This document shows, piece after piece, positions 30,221-39,746 of a stretch of 64,000 bases of DNA (its first letter is position 1; each line of letters opens with the position of its first letter). Under the pieces are notes generated by a model, which was not told where the DNA came from, made no database searches, and was given only the letters and a program-made list of their open reading frames with translations. The DNA lies in the IMG/VR virus record IMGVR_UViG_3300036760_000945, positions 18,852-82,851 of that record, one strand, 5' to 3'. The DNA is from a virus. The position numbers were made by a program, and so were the translations under genes.

Positions 30221-30524
30221 GATTTTTCTCCTTGCTATCAAGATCTTTGAGTAACAACGAGGTATCCATGCCAATGTCTCCAAGAAACTGGTATAGCGAG
30301 GTTTCGAGGCCCGATATCTGCTCGTGGGGCAAACTAAACTGGAGATGATAATTTATCGCTTCAAGTACTTCGTGTAACACCGTTGACTCCTGCGACTGCC
30401 TGTGTTGGTCCGGGTCAACATTGATAATCTGTTTCACGGTATGGAGTCTCCCGGCCTGATCCATGCCGCCGTTCTCCATAGAGGGCGAATATTTCAATTT
30501 ATAATTGTAGCCGAATATTCTCAT
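30213..30524 (-). CDS. Small zincin-like protein (degenerate HExxH)
   Basis: STVLHEVLEAI motif. Confidence 0.55.
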   Translation of the reverse strand: MRIFGYNYKLKYSPSMENGGMDQAGRLHTVKQIINVDPDQHRQSQESTVLHEVLEAINYHLQFSLPHEQISGLETSLYQFLGDIGMDTSLLLKDLDSKEKNHD

Positions 30525-31126
30525 TTTGTCTCCTTCTTTCCTACTTTCTGCAGATAATTAATTGCACTTATTAGAATTTCTGTCGAGTCGTTGGCACTGC
30601 CAAGCATTGTATTGCATTTAGTACATAGAAATCCACGGATTTTACCCGTAGAATGATCATGATCTACGGCAAGATGTCTCCCATTGGGAGAACCGCCACA
30701 GATAGCGCAAATGCCTCCTTGATTAACAAGGATCACACTATATTCCTCAAGAGTTAGGCCATGGTCTCTTTTAAGACTGCCTCTTCTGCCTCTGATAGTA
30801 CCATTTTCTTTGTGGCTTCTGTGATATTCTCTGTTCTTGGCGCGAATTTCTTCTCCTTTTTCTTTATAATAACTGATCCCATAGGAGCATCTTTCCTTTT
30901 TATGCTCCTCATAATATTTTTTGCTACCGGCTACTATTTCTTCACTGTGCCTCTGGCGATATTCGGCTTGTTTAGCCAAAATAATTTCCTTATTCTTCTT
31001 ATAATAATTATGACTTCTGGAGGTAATTTTCCTCTTGTTTTCTATATAATACCTGGCATCATAGGCACTTGTTTCCTCTTTATGTTTCTTGCGATACTCT
31101 CTCTGATATTCTCTCCTATTTGCCAT
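30521..31126 (-). CDS. Endonuclease VII-family (HNH-like) endonuclease
   Basis: CAIC..LAVDHDHSTGKIRGFLCTKCN..LG; K/R/Y-rich helical repeats; AAGGAG RBS. Confidence 0.88.
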   Translation of the reverse strand: MANRREYQREYRKKHKEETSAYDARYYIENKRKITSRSHNYYKKNKEIILAKQAEYRQRHSEEIVAGSKKYYEEHKKERCSYGISYYKEKGEEIRAKNREYHRSHKENGTIRGRRGSLKRDHGLTLEEYSVILVNQGGICAICGGSPNGRHLAVDHDHSTGKIRGFLCTKCNTMLGSANDSTEILISAINYLQKVGKKETK

Positions 31127-31394
31127 CGGTCTTCTCCTTTTTTGATAGAAGCCAAAAAATAGCCAGGTATTGATCGGCAATGCGCCGATCGCTTTCTTTC
31201 TCTTGTTCACTCAGTTCCTTGTATTTCCGGGACATTTGCGCGGTCCAGCGATCAACGAAGTCCTTCGGCAGCGTCCAGGTGCCGTTATCGTTGAATACAC
31301 CCTTGCCGAACATATAACTGAGCCACTTCGTCCATACTCGGTGTGCGTGGTCTGCTATTGCCTCTCGCAGAGGTTGTTTGACATCATCGCCCAT
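31116..31394 (-). CDS. Hypothetical protein, RyR-repeat-like motif
   Basis: YKELSEQEKESDR; TATGGTATAAT at 31426-31436 upstream. Confidence 0.6.
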   Translation of the reverse strand: MGDDVKQPLREAIADHAHRVWTKWLSYMFGKGVFNDNGTWTLPKDFVDRWTAQMSRKYKELSEQEKESDRRIADQYLAIFWLLSKKEKTDGK

Positions 31395-31436
31395 GGCAAC
31401 CTGCCTTTTAGTATTCCTAGAGAAGATTATACCATA

Positions 31437-33458
31437 TTATCTAATTCGTATAGCACTCCACAAACGCTCGACTTGATTGAAAGAGGCCCAATTGCCGGTA
31501 GGTATTACTTCTTCATCTACAACCCTGCAGACACCAGGATATTTAGGCAACTCGTGATCGTGAAAAGCTATATAACCGCCAATCGGCACAAATTTATTCC
31601 AGGCAAGCCAATCGGCGTGCACGTCCTCATATTTGTGACTGCCATCGATAAACAATAGATTAATGGGCTTGCCGCGCTTGGCGGCGGCCCTTAGGCTGGT
31701 CGTCATGTGTGGATGTATAAAGGACGGGAAACTGCCAAAGATCGAGATAATCTGTTCTTTGAAGATCTTTGGGGTTTCGGGCAAATGATAACGTAATGAA
31801 CCGGTACGCCCCATGGTCCAAATATCGATAGTATGCAACACTGCAGTAGTGTTCTCCGCAATCACCAATCCCATCCCCAAATAGCACGTGGACATACCCC
31901 GATAGGGACCTATCTCGACAATCGCACCGTCCTTGGGAATTTGGGTTGCCAGGTATGTCAAATACTCACCCTCCATTGGACTGATCCTGCCGTCTAGCTG
32001 GGCCAGCTTCTTCTTTTTGTCAATTAGGTCTGGCGTAAACACCACCACCGGTTCATTGCGCGCTATCTTTCTCTGCATATTCACGATCGTATCGGGCACG
32101 ACCTCTTGCACGCGCGCAAGTAGTAAATCCATGTCGCCGTGCGCCCCAGTGGCATGAAATTCGCCGCGGATGGCCTTGATATGCTTGAGTGGGACTAAGT
32201 CTTCGAGTATCTCGTATTCTGCGCCCTCGCAATCTATTAAGAGTAAAGAAATGGGTCTTTTGGTGCCCGTTACGGTGCTCAAGATTTTAGACAATGTGAT
32301 TGAGGGTACTTCTGGATCCCCGCCGGCGCCATAGATATGATGAGCACCACTATTCTTGCCCATGCTCATCCTTATTTTACGCCCATCTTTGGTAACAGCT
32401 AGATGATGAACCTTGACGAGATCAGTCAGTTTATTCTGCTGGATATTCTTGATAAGCCTCCCATAATTGAAAGGTGACGCCTCAAAGACATAGACACGAC
32501 AGCCATACTTCTTTGCCAGGGTCATACTGACTTCGCCAACGTGTCCGCCAATCTCTATCACGATATCTTTGGGGCCAAGTCCCCAGGTATCGGTACGATA
32601 GTCCGTTTGTATCTCCTTTAGTATAACCTTCTCCTCCCAACCCGGGTCCGCAAATACAAGGCCCAATGGATTAAGTGGATCGGTCACTGCCCGCTTTCCT
32701 TTCATTTCCACCAATTTTGGTGATGGATAACCGTCCCTTGGTATTGGATGCAAATCCCTGGCTAGTCCCCACATGTGGTAGACGAGGGTGTTCTCGTCGG
32801 GACTATTGTTGTTCCAGTCATTAGTAAGTCTCAACACCTTGACATCAGGGCAATTCTTCATTGCCCGAAGAAACGCCATTTCTTCCTGCCAGTTAGGTAT
32901 ACGTTTCCATTGTCTGTACCATTCATCGAAGAGTGTCGCAAGGCGCTCGTTCTTGTGGAAGAAAATGACTCCTGAATTGATATATGGGTGTTTATCTGGC
33001 GGATATCCGGTAAGGAACTTGCTAGTATGGTCTCTTTCCTTCCTCGGCGCATTCCAGTCCGGCTTTTTATTGTCTGGCTTGAACAAGTCCTCCAACATCC
33101 ACCGACATCCCTTGGATATGCACATATCATATTCCTTGAGATAGTCAAACCCAGGCATTATATCCCCCCATACCTCGGTGTCTGCATCGAGATAAAGATT
33201 GTACTCGAATGGAGTATATTTGTACAAAAACGGCTTTACGTTGCCGGCCCAAAATCTAAGTCGTCCAGGCACCGTTTCTGGCCCCCAGGGATTATTCCCT
33301 TCCCATTGAATAAAAGTTGTTCCAGGTACTTTGTGTGTCCCTATAGAAATAACAGGAAGATCTATCTTCTGCGCCCTAACCGACTTAAGACTCTCGATGG
33401 CAGCAAGTACCGATACAGGACCAAAGGTCATATATATTATTCCGAGATTCTCGCTCAT
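31437..33458 (-). CDS. Tri-domain GT-A (GT8-like) glycosyltransferase + FkbM methyltransferase + class I methyltransferase
   Basis: LYLDADT/NSGVIFF; IEIGGHVG..IDCEGAEY; VEIGPYRGMS..IDGSHKYE..IAFHD. Confidence 0.85.
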   Translation of the reverse strand: MSENLGIIYMTFGPVSVLAAIESLKSVRAQKIDLPVISIGTHKVPGTTFIQWEGNNPWGPETVPGRLRFWAGNVKPFLYKYTPFEYNLYLDADTEVWGDIMPGFDYLKEYDMCISKGCRWMLEDLFKPDNKKPDWNAPRKERDHTSKFLTGYPPDKHPYINSGVIFFHKNERLATLFDEWYRQWKRIPNWQEEMAFLRAMKNCPDVKVLRLTNDWNNNSPDENTLVYHMWGLARDLHPIPRDGYPSPKLVEMKGKRAVTDPLNPLGLVFADPGWEEKVILKEIQTDYRTDTWGLGPKDIVIEIGGHVGEVSMTLAKKYGCRVYVFEASPFNYGRLIKNIQQNKLTDLVKVHHLAVTKDGRKIRMSMGKNSGAHHIYGAGGDPEVPSITLSKILSTVTGTKRPISLLLIDCEGAEYEILEDLVPLKHIKAIRGEFHATGAHGDMDLLLARVQEVVPDTIVNMQRKIARNEPVVVFTPDLIDKKKKLAQLDGRISPMEGEYLTYLATQIPKDGAIVEIGPYRGMSTCYLGMGLVIAENTTAVLHTIDIWTMGRTGSLRYHLPETPKIFKEQIISIFGSFPSFIHPHMTTSLRAAAKRGKPINLLFIDGSHKYEDVHADWLAWNKFVPIGGYIAFHDHELPKYPGVCRVVDEEVIPTGNWASFNQVERLWSAIRIR

Positions 33459-34051
33459 TTTTCACTCTCCGTTACTTTTCTCGAAGGTATTACTACTTGG
33501 TGTTGCACTGTCTTGAGATCGGGTTTCATGCGTTCAATGACCGACTTATAATTACCATGTCCGGCCATTAGTGTCCCCGATTCTCCGGCCTCGGGATCAA
33601 ATGTTCGCATATTTCCAACAAGCGAATCACAGCACGCAAAGATTATTTTGGTACATCCCATTACCTTAATAATTGCAATACCTACTCGAACACTCATTTC
33701 TCCCGCCGAAAGACCAAAATCATTGTGTACATCAATGAAAATTCTTCGCTTGTGCTTCGATAGACAAAACCTAGAATACTCAGCCAAAATCAGGGTTATG
33801 TCCTCAGAGGGATATGCCATTGGGGACTTGCATTCGTGATCCTGTATTCCGCGCAACTTGCAACCCTCTTTTTGCAATGAGTATATCGGATTGGGCAACC
33901 CAAGTTCTTGAACAACGAGAATTGCCTGATTCAATGTAATTACAGGACCAGGGCCAAAATAAGACGCATCAAGATACCATAAACTAGGTCCCTTGCCAAC
34001 CAAGTAAGCGGTACCATCGGGATATAAGTTTCGCAGTTCTTCGATCGTCAT
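33455..34051 (-). CDS. Maf/DUF115-like (sialyltransferase-like fold) protein
   Basis: LVGKGPSL, ITLN, MGCTKIIFACCD; GGAGG RBS. Confidence 0.65.
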   Translation of the reverse strand: MTIEELRNLYPDGTAYLVGKGPSLWYLDASYFGPGPVITLNQAILVVQELGLPNPIYSLQKEGCKLRGIQDHECKSPMAYPSEDITLILAEYSRFCLSKHKRRIFIDVHNDFGLSAGEMSVRVGIAIIKVMGCTKIIFACCDSLVGNMRTFDPEAGESGTLMAGHGNYKSVIERMKPDLKTVQHQVVIPSRKVTESEK

Positions 34052-34053
34052 AA

Positions 34054-34683
34054 TTATTCTTTGCCTCCTATAATATAGGGCGGTCTCTGCAGTATCCAGA
34101 CAAACTCGGCATATATACTTGGGCCAACAATGGACTTTACTATCCTGAAGCCGGCATTGACGATCCGTTGTTCCCACGATTCTCGATATAGATGCCATTC
34201 TACTTGTCGGTTGCCTTGATTGATACGCCGAAATCCCTCAATCTTCTCGCTCGATTTATAGGCAATACAGTTAGGGACTTCTACATACAAGATATTCCCA
34301 ACAAATGCGTGCAACCTTTCGAACATCGTGTCGTGATCCTCGATATGTTCAAGAACTCCGAGAGCTACAACAACATCAAACTTCCGGGGAGTGGCGTCCT
34401 CTATCGAAGAACACACAAAAGTGGCTTTTGGCACACGTCTTTTGGCGAGTTCTATTGCAACAGGAGATAGATCTAGGCCCCAGCATTCGGTGCTGGGCCA
34501 GCGCTCTGAAAACACCTCAACCGTGTGTCCATTGCCACAACCAATATCTAGGAATGTTTTGGGGGGACTACCAAGATATTCATTGATTGTCCTGAATGCA
34601 AATAGATCACGTGGTAGATCTGCCCAAAGATTGGGGTTTTTGGTGTAATACGCATCGTATTCTTCTATGGCCGTCTTGTCCAT
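34054..34683 (-). CDS. Class I SAM-dependent methyltransferase
   Basis: LDIGCGNG; FDVVVALGVLEHI; YVEVPN. Confidence 0.9.
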   Translation of the reverse strand: MDKTAIEEYDAYYTKNPNLWADLPRDLFAFRTINEYLGSPPKTFLDIGCGNGHTVEVFSERWPSTECWGLDLSPVAIELAKRRVPKATFVCSSIEDATPRKFDVVVALGVLEHIEDHDTMFERLHAFVGNILYVEVPNCIAYKSSEKIEGFRRINQGNRQVEWHLYRESWEQRIVNAGFRIVKSIVGPSIYAEFVWILQRPPYIIGGKE

Positions 34684-35402
34684 TATACGCTCTTCGCCTC
34701 AGGTAATATATGTCGATCTCTGGCATATCCCCACTTGTGCCAGATTATCTTTGGCTTAGCAGGATTTTGTTCATTCCAAATAGATGATAAATGCTTTATC
34801 TTTGTTTCAGGACAAGTATGTTCTGCTCGGAGAAAGGCAAATTGCTCATCCCATTGTTCCCATCTCAACCATTCCTCATGCCACTTTGTAAAGAATTTCT
34901 GGGATTGGGTGCTCTTCCTGAAGAAGATCACGCCCGAGTTTATTTCTTGGCTCTTGGACTTCCCAAGAAAGGCGGAAGTGAAATCGCGTTCCTCCCGCGC
35001 CCAGTTCCATGCCTTGCCGAGTTTGTTGTGTTTGTATGTATCCTCAATGAAACGCCTATCGTCTGCAATACAAATATCGTACTCCCGCAGAAAATCAAAA
35101 CCGGGCATTATATTCCCACAGATTTCCGTATCTGCATCCAGGTACAGGGTGTACTCAAAGGGGCTATAGTTGTAAAGAAGAGGTTTCACTTTTCCTGCAA
35201 GGAATCTTCGCCCTGGTTGTGTGCCTGTCCATGGAGATCCCGCTTTCCATTCAAGATGGTCAAGCCCGGGAACGGGGTGGGTGCCAATGGTAATTGCTGG
35301 AATACCCTCACCTATACTTGCCCTGACAGAACGATAACTTTCAAGAGCCGCAGCAGCGGACTTCTCCCCAAATACCGCATAAACGATGCCCTTTCTAGGC
35401 AC
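34683..35402 (-). CDS. GT-A (GT8-like) glycosyltransferase, paralog of the 31437-33458 N-terminus
   Basis: LYLDADT, NSGVIFF, DEQFAF; GGAG + GTG start at 35402. Confidence 0.8.
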   Translation of the reverse strand: MPRKGIVYAVFGEKSAAAALESYRSVRASIGEGIPAITIGTHPVPGLDHLEWKAGSPWTGTQPGRRFLAGKVKPLLYNYSPFEYTLYLDADTEICGNIMPGFDFLREYDICIADDRRFIEDTYKHNKLGKAWNWAREERDFTSAFLGKSKSQEINSGVIFFRKSTQSQKFFTKWHEEWLRWEQWDEQFAFLRAEHTCPETKIKHLSSIWNEQNPAKPKIIWHKWGYARDRHILPEAKSV

Positions 35403-35700
35403 TTGATTTCTCCAAGTCGGAAACTGATTTGCCGCAACTTCTACAATGGCCGCTCGCGGGAAATGGATAGCCACAATCACATAACCCGTAGTCTTGGGCC
35501 AACTCGTTGACAATTCGCCGGATCTCGTCCTTATTCGAGGCCTCTGCCTCCGAGATGCCGGTGTACGTCTCCAGATCGACTACTTTCTTGCACACCGGGC
35601 ATCTCCAGGTGCGAAATCCACACGTTGGAGCATAGGGGCAATTATCATCTATAAATCCACAACTTGGACACTCGACAATTATAATATAGCGATCTCCCAT
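35395..35700 (-). CDS. Small multi-CxxC zinc-binding protein
   Basis: CPSC, CPVC, CDC, CRSC; GGAGG RBS. Confidence 0.65.
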   Translation of the reverse strand: MGDRYIIIVECPSCGFIDDNCPYAPTCGFRTWRCPVCKKVVDLETYTGISEAEASNKDEIRRIVNELAQDYGLCDCGYPFPASGHCRSCGKSVSDLEKSSA

Positions 35701-36296
35701 AGCTTTCCTCCTTCAATTTTCTTAATATTTCGATGACAAGATACACACAATGTTGTTCCGTTTCCAGGATCCCACAATTCTTTACAGGACAAAGCGTCTT
35801 TAAGAGAAGATATGTGATTCTTTCTAAGAACTAAAGCAAATGGAGTTAAATGATGTGCATTCAACTTCACCAATCTTCCCCTTGCGCCACACTTTATACA
35901 GGTTTTCTTGTCACGCTTAAATACTTTTATTTTCCATTCCTTATAAATATCGGAATTTCTTACTTGCATATATAAAGACGTTATACCTCCTCTCCATCTA
36001 GGGCTTTTTTCTCCTGCCTGTACTCCCTTTAGTCCCCTATTCCATACACTATGTGTTCGACTCCAGTTTTTATCTCCTTTCTGGGCCACACCAGATAAAC
36101 TCAATAATCCTTGGGCGAACAGACCCTTCTTTGTATCAGAAATCTTCTTTTTCTTCTCTTTGCTACAAGGAATACCTGGCCTAACCCTTGAGTTATGCCC
36201 CGAGACAAATTGAGGAAGTCCGTAATATTTATGGTGTGGCCGAAATGCTATATTTTCACCACAGCCACATCCACAATATCTATCGCCCATTGACAT
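35679..36296 (-). CDS. HNH endonuclease with NUMOD3-like DNA-binding region
   Basis: CGCGCGE..GHN; CIKC..NAHH..NGTTLCVSCH. Confidence 0.88.
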   Translation of the reverse strand: MSMGDRYCGCGCGENIAFRPHHKYYGLPQFVSGHNSRVRPGIPCSKEKKKKISDTKKGLFAQGLLSLSGVAQKGDKNWSRTHSVWNRGLKGVQAGEKSPRWRGGITSLYMQVRNSDIYKEWKIKVFKRDKKTCIKCGARGRLVKLNAHHLTPFALVLRKNHISSLKDALSCKELWDPGNGTTLCVSCHRNIKKIEGGKLWEIAIL

Positions 36297-36323
36297 TCTC
36301 CTTCTTGGATAGGCATCTCCTTG

Positions 36324-36680
36324 TTATCGAGCCATGCTGCATACGGCATAACCTTCTTTCAGAAATTCCTGCCAAAGATTCATCATCTCTACAGGTAGAC
36401 GTTTTTGCATGATCCTCTCTGGGTCTACCGGGTCCAGATAGTGTGCCAACTCGTGTGATATTACGGGAACCAATCCCATGCGATACTTTGGTTCCAAAAT
36501 ACGCACATCACTATAGTGTAAGATTACTTTGAGGACTTTCCCGAAGAGTGCTCTACCCATCAATGCCCCCTCGAAGGATTCATCATACACAACCTCAAAA
36601 ACTGTGTCTTGAAGCTCGGGAAAGTATTTCTTCTGGACACTAGTCATTAAGTCGGCAATCTTCGTCTCGTTTTGGTTCAT
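36324..36680 (-). CDS. Putative Zn-metalloprotease-like protein
   Basis: ISHELAH (HExxH). Confidence 0.55.
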   Translation of the reverse strand: MNQNETKIADLMTSVQKKYFPELQDTVFEVVYDESFEGALMGRALFGKVLKVILHYSDVRILEPKYRMGLVPVISHELAHYLDPVDPERIMQKRLPVEMMNLWQEFLKEGYAVCSMAR

Positions 36681-36994
36681 ATATTAGATCCTTTCAATCT
36701 TGTCAACTGTTGTTGCCAAAATTCAGCTTCTTTCGGTGTAACAGCGGTAGTGATAAGTTCTTGCAAACTATTGGCGAGCATCTGAAGGGATTTATGGCGG
36801 TCCTCCTTTTGCTTTTGTGCTTGTGGATTGGAGCGGATTGTCTTGGGCCGAAATGTTTCTTTGGTTACGCCCTCGGGTCTGGCCCGTCCAATCCGTCCGC
36901 CGACGAAGACAAAACCCGATCTTGTGGCGGCTCGCATGGAACTGGGGAATTGCCGTTGGGGTTGGCGATTTGCTGGGGGGATATTGGTCAACAT
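36677..36994 (-). CDS. Hypothetical basic protein
   Basis: ORF coupled to downstream gene. Confidence 0.5.
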   Translation of the reverse strand: MLTNIPPANRQPQRQFPSSMRAATRSGFVFVGGRIGRARPEGVTKETFRPKTIRSNPQAQKQKEDRHKSLQMLANSLQELITTAVTPKEAEFWQQQLTRLKGSNI

Positions 36995-37013
36995 TCCAAC
37001 TCCTTCGGTGTCA

Positions 37014-37238
37014 TCATGATAGCTCCTCTTCGAGCGCTACCAGATAGTAGTCGGCCAGTGCCTGGTCTTCATCAATCGCGGCTATTGCAAGCCGCAATAA
37101 CTTTACATAGCCCTGGGATTTGGCAAAACTCTCGACCCTGCCTTTCCAAAGACAGTGTTGATTGATCGTGACGGCACAGTCATAGTTCCCTGTTTTATCG
37201 GTGCCCGTACTATCATTGCGAATCTTCAGTGTCAACAT
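37014..37238 (-). CDS. Hypothetical protein
   Basis: IRNDSTG..TGNYD motif; near the start of the leftward operon. Confidence 0.55.
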   Translation of the reverse strand: MLTLKIRNDSTGTDKTGNYDCAVTINQHCLWKGRVESFAKSQGYVKLLRLAIAAIDEDQALADYYLVALEEELS

Positions 37239-37484
37239 TAGATACTCTCAATTCTTCATCGTGCCCTAATCGCCCAGGTAGTGATTTGCACACATTGTCC
37301 GCCGTGTAAGCCGACGATACCACTGACGATTTTCGCGTCTAGGTTTACGCCTGTTACGCTCCGGGCAACGATCGGGAAACCCTGATCCATCAATCATACC
37401 AATTCTACCACAAAAGAACACCCGCCACAATTTGAGCTTGCAGACGCTCTGCGACTGCAGAGGCCTGGCGGGTATACTGTCCCC

Positions 37485-37521
37485 ATTCTACCATAGTCTC
37501 ACAATATGTCAAATGTGAGAC
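37485..37521 (-). promoter_or_regulatory. Leftward sigma70 promoter overlapped by an operator-like inverted repeat
   Basis: TTGACA (37507-37512), 16 bp, TAGAAT (37485-37490) with extended TG; GTCTCACA-N10-TGTGAGAC at 37496-37521. Confidence 0.65.
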
Positions 37522-38090
37522 ACAAAACGATTGGTATCTAATAGATGAGCCACAAAACCAGCCACCGCTTATCAACATAAGCAATGCCGATTAGCAATAT
37601 ACCGGCAAAGATTGTAAACATGGTGAGGGCTGCAAAACCCCCGAAGCTATTGGGAATTGTACAAGGCCAACCAACACACACCATCTTTGCACATGCGTGC
37701 TCGCGGCTCGAGGTAGAATGCTACCCAGCCACGCCTGCGGAGAAAGTTCGCCATCAGGCGATGGTGAAAAGCCGAGGCATTATGCAACCAAACTAAGATT
37801 CTGTCCATTTTATTATCCTTTCTCTGAGAAAGAGCCTACAAGATTTGAGGTAGAAGCATATTATACCATAGACCGGCAGTATAAAGCAGCAAGCAGTGCT
37901 CAATACCCCAAAAAACCTACGAGGGTGTAAAAGGGTAATAGTAGGGGAGAGAGAGGTGGGAAGTGAGCGGGGGGTATATATAAATATTTCCTGCGAGACA
38001 CAGGAGGCGGGGAGAGGCTCTCCCCCCGTGTCCTGTGGCCCGCAGGGCCAGCGCCCAGCAGCGAGCGCTGCTGGAGAAAGGAGGCACGCA

Positions 38091-38264
38091 ATGGCTACAA
38101 CTACATCAACCCTGAAGGCGGCTGCAGAGCAAGCCCTAAAAGAGGCTGGCGATGCGGCAAAGCGGGGGGAGTATCACAAAGTAAAAGAGTGGATGGCCAA
38201 GTACCAGGAGCGCCGTGCTCTATATCTTGCTGCCGTCCACAGTTGCCTAGTGCCCTTAGGCTAG
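38091..38264 (+). CDS. Hypothetical early protein
   Basis: AAAGGAGG RBS before ATG 38091. Confidence 0.6.
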   Translation: MATTTSTLKAAAEQALKEAGDAAKRGEYHKVKEWMAKYQERRALYLAAVHSCLVPLG

Positions 38265-38335
38265 GCGCGGCAGGACTTGGGGGACCTGCGTGGGCATGGT
38301 AAAATCAACCTATAAGCCCAGGAAAGGAGATCGAC

Positions 38336-38590
38336 ATGGCTGAGCAAGAACGCTCAAAGGGAGGGAAAGACAGCAAGAAGGTCAAGCGCGCACGGCGCCA
38401 TGCACATGGTGCATTCGTACCACGTGTGCACAATAAGACCAATTCTTTGCGGCGCATGATCCACAAGGGACAGGTCTTCAATGAGTATAAGGCGCGTGGC
38501 GAAAGCCCGTTCCTCATGCCCTTCGACAACTATCTGTGCCGCATGTTCGCATTCATGCGTGCACAAGGACTGCCCGCACCGCGCGGGTAG
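38336..38590 (+). CDS. Hypothetical basic early protein
   Basis: AAAGGAG RBS; TGGTAAAAT upstream. Confidence 0.6.
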   Translation: MAEQERSKGGKDSKKVKRARRHAHGAFVPRVHNKTNSLRRMIHKGQVFNEYKARGESPFLMPFDNYLCRMFAFMRAQGLPAPRG

Positions 38591-38596
38591 CTAGTG

Positions 38597-38668
38597 GCCC
38601 CTATAGCTCAATGGATAGAGCAACTGCCTTCTAAGCAGAGGGTCTGGGTTCGAGTCCCAGTAGGGGCA
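38597..38668 (+). tRNA. tRNA-Arg (anticodon UCU)
   Basis: Acceptor GCCCCTA/TAGGGGC; D arm GCTC/GAGC; anticodon loop CTTCTAA; T arm CTGGG-TTCGAGT-CCCAG; no encoded CCA. Confidence 0.93.
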
Positions 38669-38924
38669 TTAGGACAGGGACGTACCCTGCCCACATTCAA
38701 AGAAAGGAGTAAGAATGCTCAAATATCTGCTTCGCTTACTGCGGCAACTCTTGCATATCAGACAAGAGACTAGCAAGGGGGATATGTATTGTCCTCAGTG
38801 CGGTTGGGGGTACACTGAGATCGAGCACACGCAGCAATGCGGGTAAGACCATGATCGTCGAGCCTGTAGTGCGAGCAGGCTCACGAATATGGCACTTGCC
38901 ATAGACTGTTAGTAAGGAGGTCCT

Positions 38925-39110
38925 ATGATCAAGTTTGGCCTCAGCATCGAGGTCAAGCAGGAGAGGATTGGCAGTACCAATCCTTTCCCTGTGGTTTATG
39001 TGTACCAAGGGGGTGTACACATAAATCCTCTGGCACTTACAGATGGGGAAAATAAGACGCTGAAGAAACTATTAGCAGGGGTGAACTACAGGCTAATACG
39101 TTTGCCATAG
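38925..39110 (+). CDS. Hypothetical protein
   Basis: TAAGGAGG RBS. Confidence 0.55.
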   Translation: MIKFGLSIEVKQERIGSTNPFPVVYVYQGGVHINPLALTDGENKTLKKLLAGVNYRLIRLP

Positions 39111-39139
39111 ACTTAGACAAGGACCCTAAGGAGGTCAAT

Positions 39140-39385
39140 ATGTCTACTGTAGTTGCACACTTGGCTTCATTCGAGAAGCCAAGCCAAGTCCCATTGAATA
39201 GATGTCCAGTGGGACTGTCTCTTATCGTAGGGGGCAGGCTGATGTCTGTAGTCAGCCTGGGCAAGGGCAAGGCGCTGCACTCTGATGCGCCAATCCCTGC
39301 GCCAATCAAGCGCCCAGACGATGGGCGCACATTCGCGCGGGCACGCAAGAACAACTCGCCCGCAGTCTCAATGAAGGAGGAATAG
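39140..39385 (+). CDS. Hypothetical protein
   Basis: TAAGGAGG RBS. Confidence 0.5.
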   Translation: MSTVVAHLASFEKPSQVPLNRCPVGLSLIVGGRLMSVVSLGKGKALHSDAPIPAPIKRPDDGRTFARARKNNSPAVSMKEE

Positions 39386-39610
39386 CGTGTTGACAAGGCT
39401 CTTGGTACGCGGTCTATATCGCCTGCGCAGGCGATACTCTCAGGCTACATGCCTGAGGATAGGCAAGGAAGTCGCTTCCTATCCAGCGCTTCCATTCTAT
39501 GCAACAGTACTGTATCTGGCACTGTTCGTGTAATGGACTCCGCATCTGGGCTATGCGGGATAGAAATTAGCCCATTGTTTTTCTTTCGGCAGCACGTAAT
39601 CTACTCAAGG

Positions 39611-39746
39611 TGTTGCAGATGTTATGTTTATGTTGCATTTCATAGACATGTCATCCTCATCACATGTTGCAGTCTGTCAAGTCCATGTAATGTCAGCCCC
39701 ATAACAGGATCGCACTTGTTATGGGCATTATGCTGCAATGTTGCAG
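39611..39746. repeat. Cluster of TGTTGCA direct repeats
   Basis: Copies at 39611, 39631, 39665, 39731 (TGCTGCA), 39739. Confidence 0.6.

Noticed and set aside
30521-31160. Recoded N-terminal duplication around the endonuclease VII gene
   Set aside because: Only a weak LFFGFY versus RIFGYNY resemblance, inside another gene; not convincing
34791-35510. 239-aa antisense ORF over the glycosyltransferase
   Set aside because: Unlike the intein-nested HNH it has no domain motif, RBS or promoter
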